Below are positions 17,072-26,829 of a DNA stretch of 40,325 nt, one piece after another; the stretch's first letter is position 1, and each line of letters begins with the position of its first letter. A program made the translations under genes and the position numbers. Source of the DNA: Paratractidigestivibacter sp. (lineage in GTDB: Bacteria; Actinomycetota; Coriobacteriia; Coriobacteriales; Eggerthellaceae); assembly GCA_963597295.1 (NCBI GenBank), contig CAVBPP010000057.1, positions 1 through 40,325 on the forward strand, in the 5' to 3' direction. The notes below the pieces were generated by a model. The model did no database searches, had not been told where the DNA came from, and was given only the letters and a program-made list of their open reading frames with translations.

Positions 17072-18606
17072 TGGATGCGCAACGAGAGGCCGAGGCGACC
17101 CGCAAGGCGGGGGCGGCCTGCGAGGGCCAGGCGGCGGAAGCGGCCGAAGCGAGCGAGGAAACCGCTGGGATAGATTTCGTGGGTGCGAGCGAAAGCTCGC
17201 ACGATCCGGCGCAGCCGGATAACTCGACCGAGGAAGCCTCACAGGTAGAAGAGGGCCCGCAGGCCGAGGTGGCCGCGCAAGCCGGCGCGGGTTCCGAAGC
17301 GGTCCCGCAACCCGAAGCGGACCCCGAAACCGAAGCCGCCGCACGCGAGCTGGCCGAGCATAACGCGCTGGCCGACGCGTTCGACGACGTGCGCCGCGCA
17401 TCGGCTGACAGCAAGTTGGTAACCCCCGACCGCTGGACCGACCTAGGGCTTGTCCCCGACCACCTAACGGCCGAGGAATTCGAGATGTTCGTCTACGAAT
17501 GGCTCGAAGACTACCAGTCGGAGCATAAAGAGGAAATCGAAGCGGAAATAGCCGCCGAAAAAGCCAAGGCCGCAAGCGTGCGCTCAGCCACGCGCGCCGT
17601 GGGCGTCCCCCCGAAAATTCCCAACCGCCGCCTAGCCCAAATAGAAGCCGACGAAAAGGCAGAGAAGGAAGCGGCCAGCAAATCCGATGGGGGCACCGCG
17701 ACAGAACCCTCGGACGCATCCGGAGCAAGCGCCGCAGCCGGCGTCGCGGAAGCGACTCAGAAAGACGCAGGGACCGGCCCCGCAGGTTCAACCGAGGGAG
17801 CCAATGGGACCGACGCCGCAGGCTCAACCGAGGGAACCAACGGGGCCGACGCCGCAGGCTCAACCGAGGGAACCAACGGGGCCGACGCCGCAGGCTCAAC
17901 CGAGGGAACCAACGGGGCCGACGCTGCAGGCTCAACCGAGGGAATCAACGGGAAAGATTTCGTGGGTGCGAGCGAAAGCTCGCACAATCCGGCGCAGCCG
18001 GATAACTCGACCGAGTCACCCACGCAGGCAGAAAGCATCCCGCAACCCAAGGCAACCGCGCAGCCCGAGGCAACCCCTGCCGCAGACGAAGCCGCCGCGG
18101 CGAACCTCGACAACCCCTTCGCCAACCTGAACATCCCGGCCGGCTACCGCTGGGAGCAAATCGAGGGCGAATGGGTGCTCGTAGAGGACGAAAACGCCGG
18201 CCCCGTCCGCAAGGAAATACACTGCAACCGTATAAAAGCCCTGGTGGGCATGCATAGCTACTACCTGTACGACCAAACGAAGATGACGGACAATTACGCA
18301 CGCTGGGCATTCCTTGCAGCCGAAGACAATCCGCAGATCACCTTCGTCGAATGCGTCCGCGAGGACTCGCGCGTATACCCGCGCCCCTATGCAGCCGAAT
18401 GCCTGAAGAACCCGCCCTTCCGCATGACCGACGACGAAATCGAGCGAACCTGGCAGGCAGTGCGCGATTCCGGGAACTTCCCCGACATCCGCCGCACGGA
18501 AGCCTCCAACGGCGACATTTACTACTATTCGACGGACTATCTGGAACCCGCCTACGCCGAATCGCTCGCCGAATACGACGCCGTAGAACGCCCCGCGAAC
18601 GTGTAA
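17071..18606 (+). CDS. ydhW: YdhW-family protein expanded by acidic low-complexity and repeat insertions
   Basis: ATG overlaps iscU-like stop (TAATG); C-terminal MTDNYA, VREDSRVYPRPY, FPDIRRTEASNG.YYYS, SLAEY.AVE..N resembles E. coli YdhW as recalled (MSENYA, YPRPY, YADIRQVESS). Confidence 0.7.
   Translation: MDAQREAEATRKAGAACEGQAAEAAEASEETAGIDFVGASESSHDPAQPDNSTEEASQVEEGPQAEVAAQAGAGSEAVPQPEADPETEAAARELAEHNALADAFDDVRRASADSKLVTPDRWTDLGLVPDHLTAEEFEMFVYEWLEDYQSEHKEEIEAEIAAEKAKAASVRSATRAVGVPPKIPNRRLAQIEADEKAEKEAASKSDGGTATEPSDASGASAAAGVAEATQKDAGTGPAGSTEGANGTDAAGSTEGTNGADAAGSTEGTNGADAAGSTEGTNGADAAGSTEGINGKDFVGASESSHNPAQPDNSTESPTQAESIPQPKATAQPEATPAADEAAAANLDNPFANLNIPAGYRWEQIEGEWVLVEDENAGPVRKEIHCNRIKALVGMHSYYLYDQTKMTDNYARWAFLAAEDNPQITFVECVREDSRVYPRPYAAECLKNPPFRMTDDEIERTWQAVRDSGNFPDIRRTEASNGDIYYYSTDYLEPAYAESLAEYDAVERPANV
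17172..17232 (+). repeat. Intragenic half-copy of repeat element (61-bp direct repeat A)
   Basis: AGATTTCGTGGGTGCGAGCGAAAGCTCGCACGATCCGGCGCAGCCGGATAACTCGACCGAG; 60/61 identical to 17955-18015; encodes DFVGASESSHDPAQPDNSTE. Confidence 0.85.
17776..17955 (+). repeat. Coding tandem repeat, 5 x 36 bp (DAAGSTEGTNGA)
   Basis: Units start at 17776, 17812, 17848, 17884, 17920; inner units near-identical. Confidence 0.9.
17955..18015 (+). repeat. Intragenic half-copy of repeat element (61-bp direct repeat B)
   Basis: Encodes DFVGASESSHNPAQPDNSTE; same frame as copy A, 783 bp downstream. Confidence 0.85.
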
Positions 18607-18642
18607 GAACAGCGACGGCCGCCACACGACCTAATCAAGAGA

Positions 18643-18798
18643 TGTGCGAGCTCTCGCTCGTACCCACGAAGGGGAGAAGCAGCCCACGGGAAGAGGTGGC
18701 GGCCAACGAAGCCACTGCCGCAACGGCAAACCAAACAGCAAGACTTCGTAGGTTCGAGCGAAAGCTCGAACCGTATAAAAGAGCGCGAAGCGCGACAC
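18643..18798. repeat. Bipartite hairpin-ended inverted-repeat element, copy 4 (opposite orientation, left outer hairpin degenerate)
   Basis: TGTGCGAGCTCTCGCTCGTACCCACGAAG ... CTTCGTAGGTTCGAGCGAAAGCTCGAACC..GAGCGCGAAGCGCGACAC. Confidence 0.8.
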
Positions 18799-18846
18799 CG
18801 ATTTCCTCAAAAGACAACCAGCATCCCAATACCAACCAGCACAATC

Positions 18847-18872
18847 AAAAGAGGGGCCGCGCGGCCCCTCTT
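18847..18872 (-). terminator. Terminator for DUF4282-like gene
   Basis: Palindrome AAGAGGGGCCGCGCGGCCCCTCTT with A-run on the left (T-run on minus strand). Confidence 0.75.
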
Positions 18873-18898
18873 CCACAGACGATATGTGCTTGCAAGCT

Positions 18899-19645
18899 CT
18901 ACTGACGCGGGCTTCCGCAGCCGGCGCAGAAATTGCCGGTGTTGCCGGTACGTCCGCACTGGCAGCTCCAGGTGCCGTCAGCGGCAGGAGCAGCAGGCGC
19001 AACCGGGGCGGCCGGAGCGGTGACGGCGGCCTGGTCGGCAACCGGCGCCGCAGCAGGCGCCTGGGCCGGCGCGGCGGGCGCAGCCTGTGCAACCGGGGCG
19101 GCAGCGGCCTGAGCCTGGGCCTTCTCGGCCTTCTTCGCCTTCAGCGACGAAACCAGCTCGTCAACACCACCGGAAAGCTTGTCGTCGCTGGCATAGTCGG
19201 TGCCGGTCACGTTCTTGCGAATAGCATGCAGGTCAACCGCACCGCGGATGATCAGCATGGCCCACTCGAACATCATGCGGGAAACAAACTGCCAGATGAC
19301 GAACAAAATCGCAGCGCCGATCAGAGCACCGAAGAACGAAGCCAGCAGCAGGCCGATGTTCGAAATGCCCGAACCCAGCACGGCAAGCGGCAGATACACG
19401 CAAAAGCCCGCGACGCCGACCGTCGTCAGGATGTACAGAAGCTTGGTGATGTTCTCCAAGTAAAGGTGGTCGAAGTTGAAGAACTTGGAAAGTGGCTTGC
19501 TCTGGTCGGCCTTCTTGCCGACGAACTTGCGATAAGCGATAACCGTCAACGCAATGACGGCAACGGTGATCACCAGAATCAGAATAGACTCATAGGCGAT
19601 GTTTCCGCTAAGCAGGCTACTGCTGCTGGAACCATAACGATACAC
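18899..19645 (-). CDS. Membrane protein (DUF4282-like) with C-terminal zinc ribbon
   Basis: FFNFD.L....I.K.LY and R...E...... TM pattern; Ala/Pro linker; WSCQCG..N.GNFCAGCGSPR; GTG start at 19645 after AAGGAG. Confidence 0.65.
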   Translation of the reverse strand: MYRYGSSSSSLLSGNIAYESILILVITVAVIALTVIAYRKFVGKKADQSKPLSKFFNFDHLYLENITKLLYILTTVGVAGFCVYLPLAVLGSGISNIGLLLASFFGALIGAAILFVIWQFVSRMMFEWAMLIIRGAVDLHAIRKNVTGTDYASDDKLSGGVDELVSSLKAKKAEKAQAQAAAAPVAQAAPAAPAQAPAAAPVADQAAVTAPAAPVAPAAPAADGTWSCQCGRTGNTGNFCAGCGSPRQ

Positions 19646-19749
19646 AGGGACTCCTTCCAGAATGAATAATACCCGCTCAGAATACCATACCGAAAGCGCC
19701 CACCACCGCGCAAAGCGTTGCGCAACAGTCGCAAGCACTCATCTAGCTC

Positions 19750-20463
19750 CTAGCTCGTGATCAGCAAAATGGCGCCGATGACCAGCAGCAACACGTATGT
19801 CAGCTTCAGGAAACGCTCTTGGCTCAGGCGCTTGCCCAGCTTGCCTCCCAAAAAGGTCGCCAACGCAATCAGCGGGATGCAGCACGCCACGGTAATGAGC
19901 ACATCGCCCGTGAAATGCCCCTGCTGCACCTGGAATGCCGCGTACAGGAAGTTCAGAATCATCCACACGGCCGAAAGCGTTGCACGAAACTCATCTTTGT
20001 CGCGCAGCTTCTGCACCGCGTAAATGACCAGCAACGCGCCGCCGGAAACGAACATGCCCTGAATCAGGCCCGCGGCCACAACCACCAGCACCAACGCCCA
20101 TTCCGGCAGGAAGTGCTGCTTCTTCTGCACCAGGTTCTTAATGCCAAAAGCCACGATGACCAGGCCATATATCTTCAGAAGAAAATGCAGCGGAATAACG
20201 GTGTCAAGCCATGCGCCCAGCGCCACGAACGGCAGCATGATGCCGACGATCTTGCCCAGCTCGCGCCAATTGATGGACTTGCGGCCCAAAACGGCCAGCA
20301 GCCCGCAGCCCAGAAAACCCGTCGCGTTCAGAATGGAAACCGAGTCTTGCAGCCCCAGCAAATATGTGCCGGCCGGCATGCAGAATATGTTGCCGGCAAA
20401 CCCGGTGATTGCCTGAACCGTGTACCCGAACAGGAACACTATCAGGAAGAGTACTCTTTCCAT
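19750..20463 (-). CDS. Sulfite exporter TauE/SafE family membrane protein
   Basis: QAITGFAG, AGLIQGMF..GG, FRATL motifs; ~8 TM. Confidence 0.85.
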   Translation of the reverse strand: MERVLFLIVFLFGYTVQAITGFAGNIFCMPAGTYLLGLQDSVSILNATGFLGCGLLAVLGRKSINWRELGKIVGIMLPFVALGAWLDTVIPLHFLLKIYGLVIVAFGIKNLVQKKQHFLPEWALVLVVVAAGLIQGMFVSGGALLVIYAVQKLRDKDEFRATLSAVWMILNFLYAAFQVQQGHFTGDVLITVACCIPLIALATFLGGKLGKRLSQERFLKLTYVLLLVIGAILLITS

Positions 20464-20866
20464 TCCCTCAACTTTCTTCGCTTCACGCCGAAGGCTTCGC
20501 CGCCCCGGCGTGTTCGCTTTCGCACCTACGCCGCCCGATGCCTATGCCACCTGCATCGGTCAAAAGCGGCGGCAAGGTGTTCGCCCCGATTGCGTCGCCC
20601 GCGCGCAACCCGAGCCGGCGACGCCTTCGAGGCGCACAGCCCGGTACGGCACATGCCGATCGCGACCTTGCAACCCGCGCAACCCAAAACCGCCCGCAGG
20701 GCGTCCGCAAGCCGGACAAACGCCGGCTGACAGGGTAAAATGACCTTGCGAGCAGTTACTATTCAACAAATAAGTTGCAAGTATATTACCAAAATCGGCT
20801 TTCCCACTCTTTTGCTTTAGCATACAGAAGTAGCGAAAGCGGAACCGAAACCAGATAGGCACCATC

Positions 20867-21595
20867 GTGGCAGGATTCGACATCACCGTCGCCGGCGACT
20901 CCGCTATCAACCTGGAGTTCGCCAAAACCATATCGCCGCAGACGAGCGGCATGATTCGCGTCGCGGCGCAAACGCTTACCGACGACCCCATCCCGGGCGT
21001 GCGCGAACTTGTGCCCACGTTCTGCTCGCTGATGGTCACCTATGACCCATGCCAAATAGGCTACGACGACCTGTGCCAACGCGTGCGCGGCAAGCTGCGC
21101 AACATCGCGGCGGCCGAAAGCACCGTGAAGCGCATCGTCGTCATCCCCGTGTGCTACGAAGACGAATTCGCTCCTGACCTGGGCACCGTCGCCGAACACG
21201 CCGACATGTCGCCCGAGGAAGTGGTCGCGCTGCATTCCAGCCACGACTACCTTATCGATATGCTGGGCTTCCTGCCCGGCTTCGCCTACCTGGGCGGCTT
21301 GGACGAGCGCCTGCACACGCCGCGCCTGGCCGTTCCGCGTACGGAAATCCCCGCGGGAAGCGTGGGCATCGGCGGCGCGCAGACGGGCATCTACCCGCTG
21401 GCAAGCCCCGGCGGCTGGCAGATAATCGGCCGCAGCCCGGTGCGCCCCTACGACCCCGACCGCACGCCCCCCATTCTGTATCAAGCTGGCGAATACCTGC
21501 GCTTTTCGCCCATCAGCCGCAAGCAATACGACGCCATAGAAGCCCAAATCGCCGCTGGCAGCTACCAGTGCGAAGTCATCGTGGAAGGGGCGTGA
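20867..21595 (+). CDS. pxpB: 5-oxoprolinase subunit PxpB (KipI / allophanate hydrolase subunit 1)
   Basis: GFLPGFAYLG, PR...PR..IPAGSVGIGG.QTGIYP..SPGGWQIIGR. Confidence 0.92.
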   Translation: MAGFDITVAGDSAINLEFAKTISPQTSGMIRVAAQTLTDDPIPGVRELVPTFCSLMVTYDPCQIGYDDLCQRVRGKLRNIAAAESTVKRIVVIPVCYEDEFAPDLGTVAEHADMSPEEVVALHSSHDYLIDMLGFLPGFAYLGGLDERLHTPRLAVPRTEIPAGSVGIGGAQTGIYPLASPGGWQIIGRSPVRPYDPDRTPPILYQAGEYLRFSPISRKQYDAIEAQIAAGSYQCEVIVEGA

Positions 21596-21599
21596 GAAC

Positions 21600-22853
21600 A
21601 TGGGAGTGACCGCCATCAAGCCCGGTATCTGCACCACCGTGCAGGACCGCGGCCGCATCGGTTACCTGGGCAGCGGCTTTAGCCCCTCGGGCGTCATGGA
21701 CGCGCGCGCCTTCCGCATCGCGAACCTTCTGGTGGATAACCCGCCCGACGCCCCAGTGCTGGAGTTTTGCCTGGCCGGGCCCACGCTCCGCTTCACCACC
21801 AACACGTTTGTGGCCATCACCGGCGGCAACTTCCAGCCGAAACTGGACGGCAAACCCGTGCCCATGTATATGGCCGTGCTGGTGCGCCGCGGCAGCGTGC
21901 TGTCGTTCAGCGCGCCGAAAACCGGCATGTACGGCTACCTTGCAATCGCCGGCGGATCCATCGACGTGCCCGAGGTGATGGGCAGCCGATCGACCAACCT
22001 GAAGTGCGGCATCGGCGGATGGAAGGGCCGCGCGCTCACCTGCGGCGACTACCTCCCCTTCGTCACGCGCAACATCGATTTCCTGCCGAACATGGGCTCG
22101 CACGCCGTTGACTACGACGACGATTTCTACGGCTTTGACGAGGAATCCATCACGCTACGCGTGGTGCCCGGCCCGCAAGAGGACATGTTCACCAAGCAGG
22201 GCATCGAAACCTTCTATGGCCAGCCCTACACCACTACCAGCCGTTGCGACCGCATGGGGTTCCGCCTGGACGGGCCCGAGGTGGACACCTACGACGGCAG
22301 CGACATCATCTCCGACGGCATCGCCTACGGCGCCGTGCAGATTCCGGCCGACGGGCGGCCCATCATCATGCTGTCCGACCGCCAAACCACCGGCGGCTAC
22401 GCGAAAATCGGCACCGTCTGCTCGGTTGACGTGCCCAAACTGGTGCAATGCACGCCCGGGCGCACCATCCGCTTCCAACCCATAACGGTGCAGGAAGCCC
22501 AAGACCTTTACCGTGAGGAATCGCGCCACATGAAGGCACTGGCAAAAATGGTGAAGCGCCCGTGCTATGGCGGCATTTCCCCACGTCGCACAGCTAGACG
22601 CTTGACACCCATCCTGGAAGCGCAGGCGAAGGCCACAGCTGCCAGCAACCAGACGCTTTGGATCGAGCTGGGAAGAACGGAGCAGGTCAGGCAAGTGGCC
22701 GACGAACCTCACGAGCCCGACGAACGCGCGGGCGACGAGGGCGGCCCGACCGCGCCAGCCGTTGGCGCGCCCACCGCACCCGCCAACCCCGCCCCCGCCG
22801 CAAGCGACGCGGCACCAACCTCAGCAACCATGCCCAACGGCAGCAACAGATAG
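21600..22853 (+). CDS. pxpC: 5-oxoprolinase subunit PxpC (KipA / biotin-dependent carboxyltransferase family) with C-terminal extension
   Basis: TTVQDRGR.GY, SG.MD, GSRST, DRMGFRL, GAVQIP.DG.PII...DRQTTGGYAKI. Confidence 0.92.
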   Translation: MGVTAIKPGICTTVQDRGRIGYLGSGFSPSGVMDARAFRIANLLVDNPPDAPVLEFCLAGPTLRFTTNTFVAITGGNFQPKLDGKPVPMYMAVLVRRGSVLSFSAPKTGMYGYLAIAGGSIDVPEVMGSRSTNLKCGIGGWKGRALTCGDYLPFVTRNIDFLPNMGSHAVDYDDDFYGFDEESITLRVVPGPQEDMFTKQGIETFYGQPYTTTSRCDRMGFRLDGPEVDTYDGSDIISDGIAYGAVQIPADGRPIIMLSDRQTTGGYAKIGTVCSVDVPKLVQCTPGRTIRFQPITVQEAQDLYREESRHMKALAKMVKRPCYGGISPRRTARRLTPILEAQAKATAASNQTLWIELGRTEQVRQVADEPHEPDERAGDEGGPTAPAVGAPTAPANPAPAASDAAPTSATMPNGSNR

Positions 22854-22861
22854 GAGCACGA

Positions 22862-23389
22862 ATGAGCCAGAACAACGAAGCCAGCGCACCCGCCGCCGAA
22901 GGCACCGAGGCCATGGCCGAACGCCGCAACAACATCAAAGACCTGCTCGCCATCATGGACGAGGGCGAGCTGACTTCCATCCGCTACAAGGACGCCACCT
23001 GCGAAATCGAGCTTGAGCGCAAGCCCGCCGGCGGCGCGTCGCTGCCGATGATGGCCGAGCGCGTAGGCCAGCTGCTGAACGCCCGCGCCGACGTGGCCGG
23101 CATCACCACCGGCGGCGAGCCCGCGCCCGCCGAGGACGCCGACACCATCGTGCGCGCCCCCATGATCGGCACCTTCTACGTAGCGCCGAGCCCCGACGAG
23201 GATCCGTTCGTCAAGGTTGGCCAGGAAGTGCTGAGCGGCCAAACGCTCGGCATCGTCGAGGCCATGAAAATGATGAACGAAATCGCCGCCCCCGCCCCCG
23301 GCGTCATCACCGAGATTCTGGTCGGAAACGGCGCCCAGGTCGAATACGACCAGCCGCTGTTCCGCATCTCCACCAGCGGCGACGCGTAA
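22862..23389 (+). CDS. accB: Biotin carboxyl carrier protein
   Basis: APMIGTFY, EAMKMMNEI biotinylation motif, VEYDQPLF; AGGAG RBS. Confidence 0.92.
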   Translation: MSQNNEASAPAAEGTEAMAERRNNIKDLLAIMDEGELTSIRYKDATCEIELERKPAGGASLPMMAERVGQLLNARADVAGITTGGEPAPAEDADTIVRAPMIGTFYVAPSPDEDPFVKVGQEVLSGQTLGIVEAMKMMNEIAAPAPGVITEILVGNGAQVEYDQPLFRISTSGDA

Positions 23390-23407
23390 AGCCAGGAGGC
23401 GCAACGC

Positions 23408-24763
<1,356 letters not shown>

Positions 24764-24779
24764 GAAGAAAGGAACTCCC

Positions 24780-25622
24780 ATGGCACTTGAAACCCCCACT
24801 CCGGCGAAACCCGAAGGCGTTGACGAAGCCGTTTGGCAGAAGATTCTCGCTGCCACGCCCGCCGAGGCGCGCCACTTGATCCGCACGGGCGAGTTCGCCG
24901 CCCCCACAAGCGGCCTTTGCCCCGGATACGCGCAGGCCAACCTGATAATCCTGCCGAAGGAGCAAGCCTGGGACTTCCTGCTGTTCGCGCAGCGCAACCC
25001 CAAGCCCTGCCCCATTTTGGAGGTCACCGAAATCGGCGACCGCATGACGCGTATCTGCGCCACCGACTGCGACGTGGCCACCGACTTCCCGCGCTACCGC
25101 ATCTACAAAGACGGCGTGATGGCCGAAGAAGTCACCGACATTTCCAGCTACTGGCGCGATGACCTGGTGGCATTCATCATCGGCTGCTCGTTCAGCTTCG
25201 AAAGCGAACTCATTGAGGCCGGCATCGAAATGCGCCACAACACCATGGGCCGCAACGTTTCGATGTACCTGACCAACAAGGCATGCACGCCCGCCGGATC
25301 TATGAGCGGCAACACCGTGGTCAGCATGCGCCCCATCCCGTATGACCAGGTGGTGAAGGCAGTGCAGATTTCCGGCGCCATCCCCAAGGTGCACGGCGCG
25401 CCCATCCACATCGGCGACCCGGCGGCCATCGGCATCGCCGACATCAGCAAGCCCGATTTCGGCGACCCGGTCGAGATCAAGGACGGCGAAGTGCCCGTGT
25501 TCTGGGCGTGCGGCGTAACGCCCCAGTCCATCGTGATGAACAGCAAGCCGCCGTTCGCCATCACGCACGCGCCCGGCCACATGCTGATCACCGACACCAA
25601 GAATGTGGACCTGAAAGGGTAA
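24780..25622 (+). CDS. DUF1445/YcsI putative hydro-lyase (D-glutamate cyclase family)
   Basis: [61 protein letters not shown]. Confidence 0.88.
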   Translation: MALETPTPAKPEGVDEAVWQKILAATPAEARHLIRTGEFAAPTSGLCPGYAQANLIILPKEQAWDFLLFAQRNPKPCPILEVTEIGDRMTRICATDCDVATDFPRYRIYKDGVMAEEVTDISSYWRDDLVAFIIGCSFSFESELIEAGIEMRHNTMGRNVSMYLTNKACTPAGSMSGNTVVSMRPIPYDQVVKAVQISGAIPKVHGAPIHIGDPAAIGIADISKPDFGDPVEIKDGEVPVFWACGVTPQSIVMNSKPPFAITHAPGHMLITDTKNVDLKG

Positions 25623-25750
25623 AACCTATAGGGTTATGGCAGCGCCTGCGAGATACGTGGGCGCTGCATTTTTGTTTTCGCTTGCGGCGGGCGGCTGGCG
25701 ATCGGCTATGGCGAAGGCGCAAGCAACGATTCCGAACGAAAGGGCAACCA

Positions 25751-26515
25751 ATGGCACGCGTTGATCTTAATTCCGACCTGGGCGAAAGCTTCGGCCGCTA
25801 CACCATCGGCCTTGACGACCAGGTGATTCCGCTGGTTTCCAGCGTGAACGTGGCCTGCGGCATGCATGCGGGCGACCCGGTGGTCATGCGTCGCACCGTG
25901 AAGCTTGCGGCGGAGGCGGGCACGTCCATCGGCGCGCACCCGGGCTACCCCGACCTGCAAGGGTTCGGTCGTCGCGACATGGCCCTTTCGCCCGACGAGG
26001 CGTATGCATACGTGCTGTACCAGGTAGGCGCCCTGCAGGCGTTTTGCCATGCAGAAGGCGTGCGCGTGAACCACGTGAAGCCACATGGCCAGCTGTACAA
26101 CCGCGCCGCCGTCGACGCAGACCTGGCGCAAGCCATCGCCGCAGCCGTGCACGATGCCGACGACAGCCTGGTGCTGGTGGGCCTCGCGAACGGCGAGCTC
26201 ATCCGCGCAGGTCAGGCGGCAGGCATTCGCACCGCTCAGGAATTCTTCGCCGACCGCAACTACACCGACGAGGGCCTGCTGGTCTCGCGCAAGCTGCCCA
26301 ACGCCGTGATCGCCGACGAGGATTTCGCCGTCGCGCGCGTCGTTCGCGCAGTTCAGGAAGGCGCCATCGAAGCCGCATCCGGCAAAACCATCAACGTGAG
26401 CGCCGACACCATCTGCATCCACGGCGACAACGCCCACGCATTAGCGTTCGCCAGCAAAATCCGCAGCGCGCTGACGGAAGCCGGAGTAGAAATCAAGCCT
26501 GTTGGGGCCGAATAG
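25751..26515 (+). CDS. pxpA: 5-oxoprolinase subunit PxpA (LamB/YcsF)
   Basis: DLNSDLGESFG, NVACG.HAGDP, GAHPGYPD..GFGRR, HVKPHG.LYN, FADR.Y, TICIHGDN. Confidence 0.93.
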   Translation: MARVDLNSDLGESFGRYTIGLDDQVIPLVSSVNVACGMHAGDPVVMRRTVKLAAEAGTSIGAHPGYPDLQGFGRRDMALSPDEAYAYVLYQVGALQAFCHAEGVRVNHVKPHGQLYNRAAVDADLAQAIAAAVHDADDSLVLVGLANGELIRAGQAAGIRTAQEFFADRNYTDEGLLVSRKLPNAVIADEDFAVARVVRAVQEGAIEAASGKTINVSADTICIHGDNAHALAFASKIRSALTEAGVEIKPVGAE

Positions 26516-26555
26516 AAGTCGGCCCGCCCACATGCAGCCGTCCGCGGATAAAATA

Positions 26556-26723
26556 GCGTCGCGCTTCGTGCTCTCTGCTGCGGGTTGAGCTTTCGCTCAA
26601 CACTACGAAATCCTGTTGTCGGGTTTGCTGTATCGGCGATGCCATCGTGGCTCGCCGTCCCTCTTCATGGGTGCGAAGCGTTAGCTCTCACCGTAACCAG
26701 CAGCGCCATCAAGCACGTAACAC
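26556..26723. repeat. Bipartite hairpin-ended inverted-repeat element, copy 5
   Basis: GCGTCGCGCTTCGTGCTC..GGGTTGAGCTTTCGCTCAACACTACGAAA ... TTCATGGGTGCGAAGCGTTAGCTCTCAC; right outer hairpin degenerate. Confidence 0.8.
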
Positions 26724-26738
26724 TTTCCCCAACGCACG

Positions 26739-26775
26739 AAAAGGCCCCGGAGCCGGTTTGGCTTCGGGGCCTTTC
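26739..26775. terminator. Terminator between convergent pxpA and adhesin genes
   Basis: AAAGGCCCCGGAGCC/GGCTTCGGGGCCTTT stem. Confidence 0.75.
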
Positions 26776-26829
26776 GCTCGGCAGCATGCGCTCTGCCGGG
26801 GCGTTGCGCGGGCGCGCTATGCTATGCGC

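Noticed and set aside
17776..17955. 36-bp repeats as a CRISPR array
   Set aside because: Units are contiguous without spacers, in frame within a CDS, and no cas genes are present
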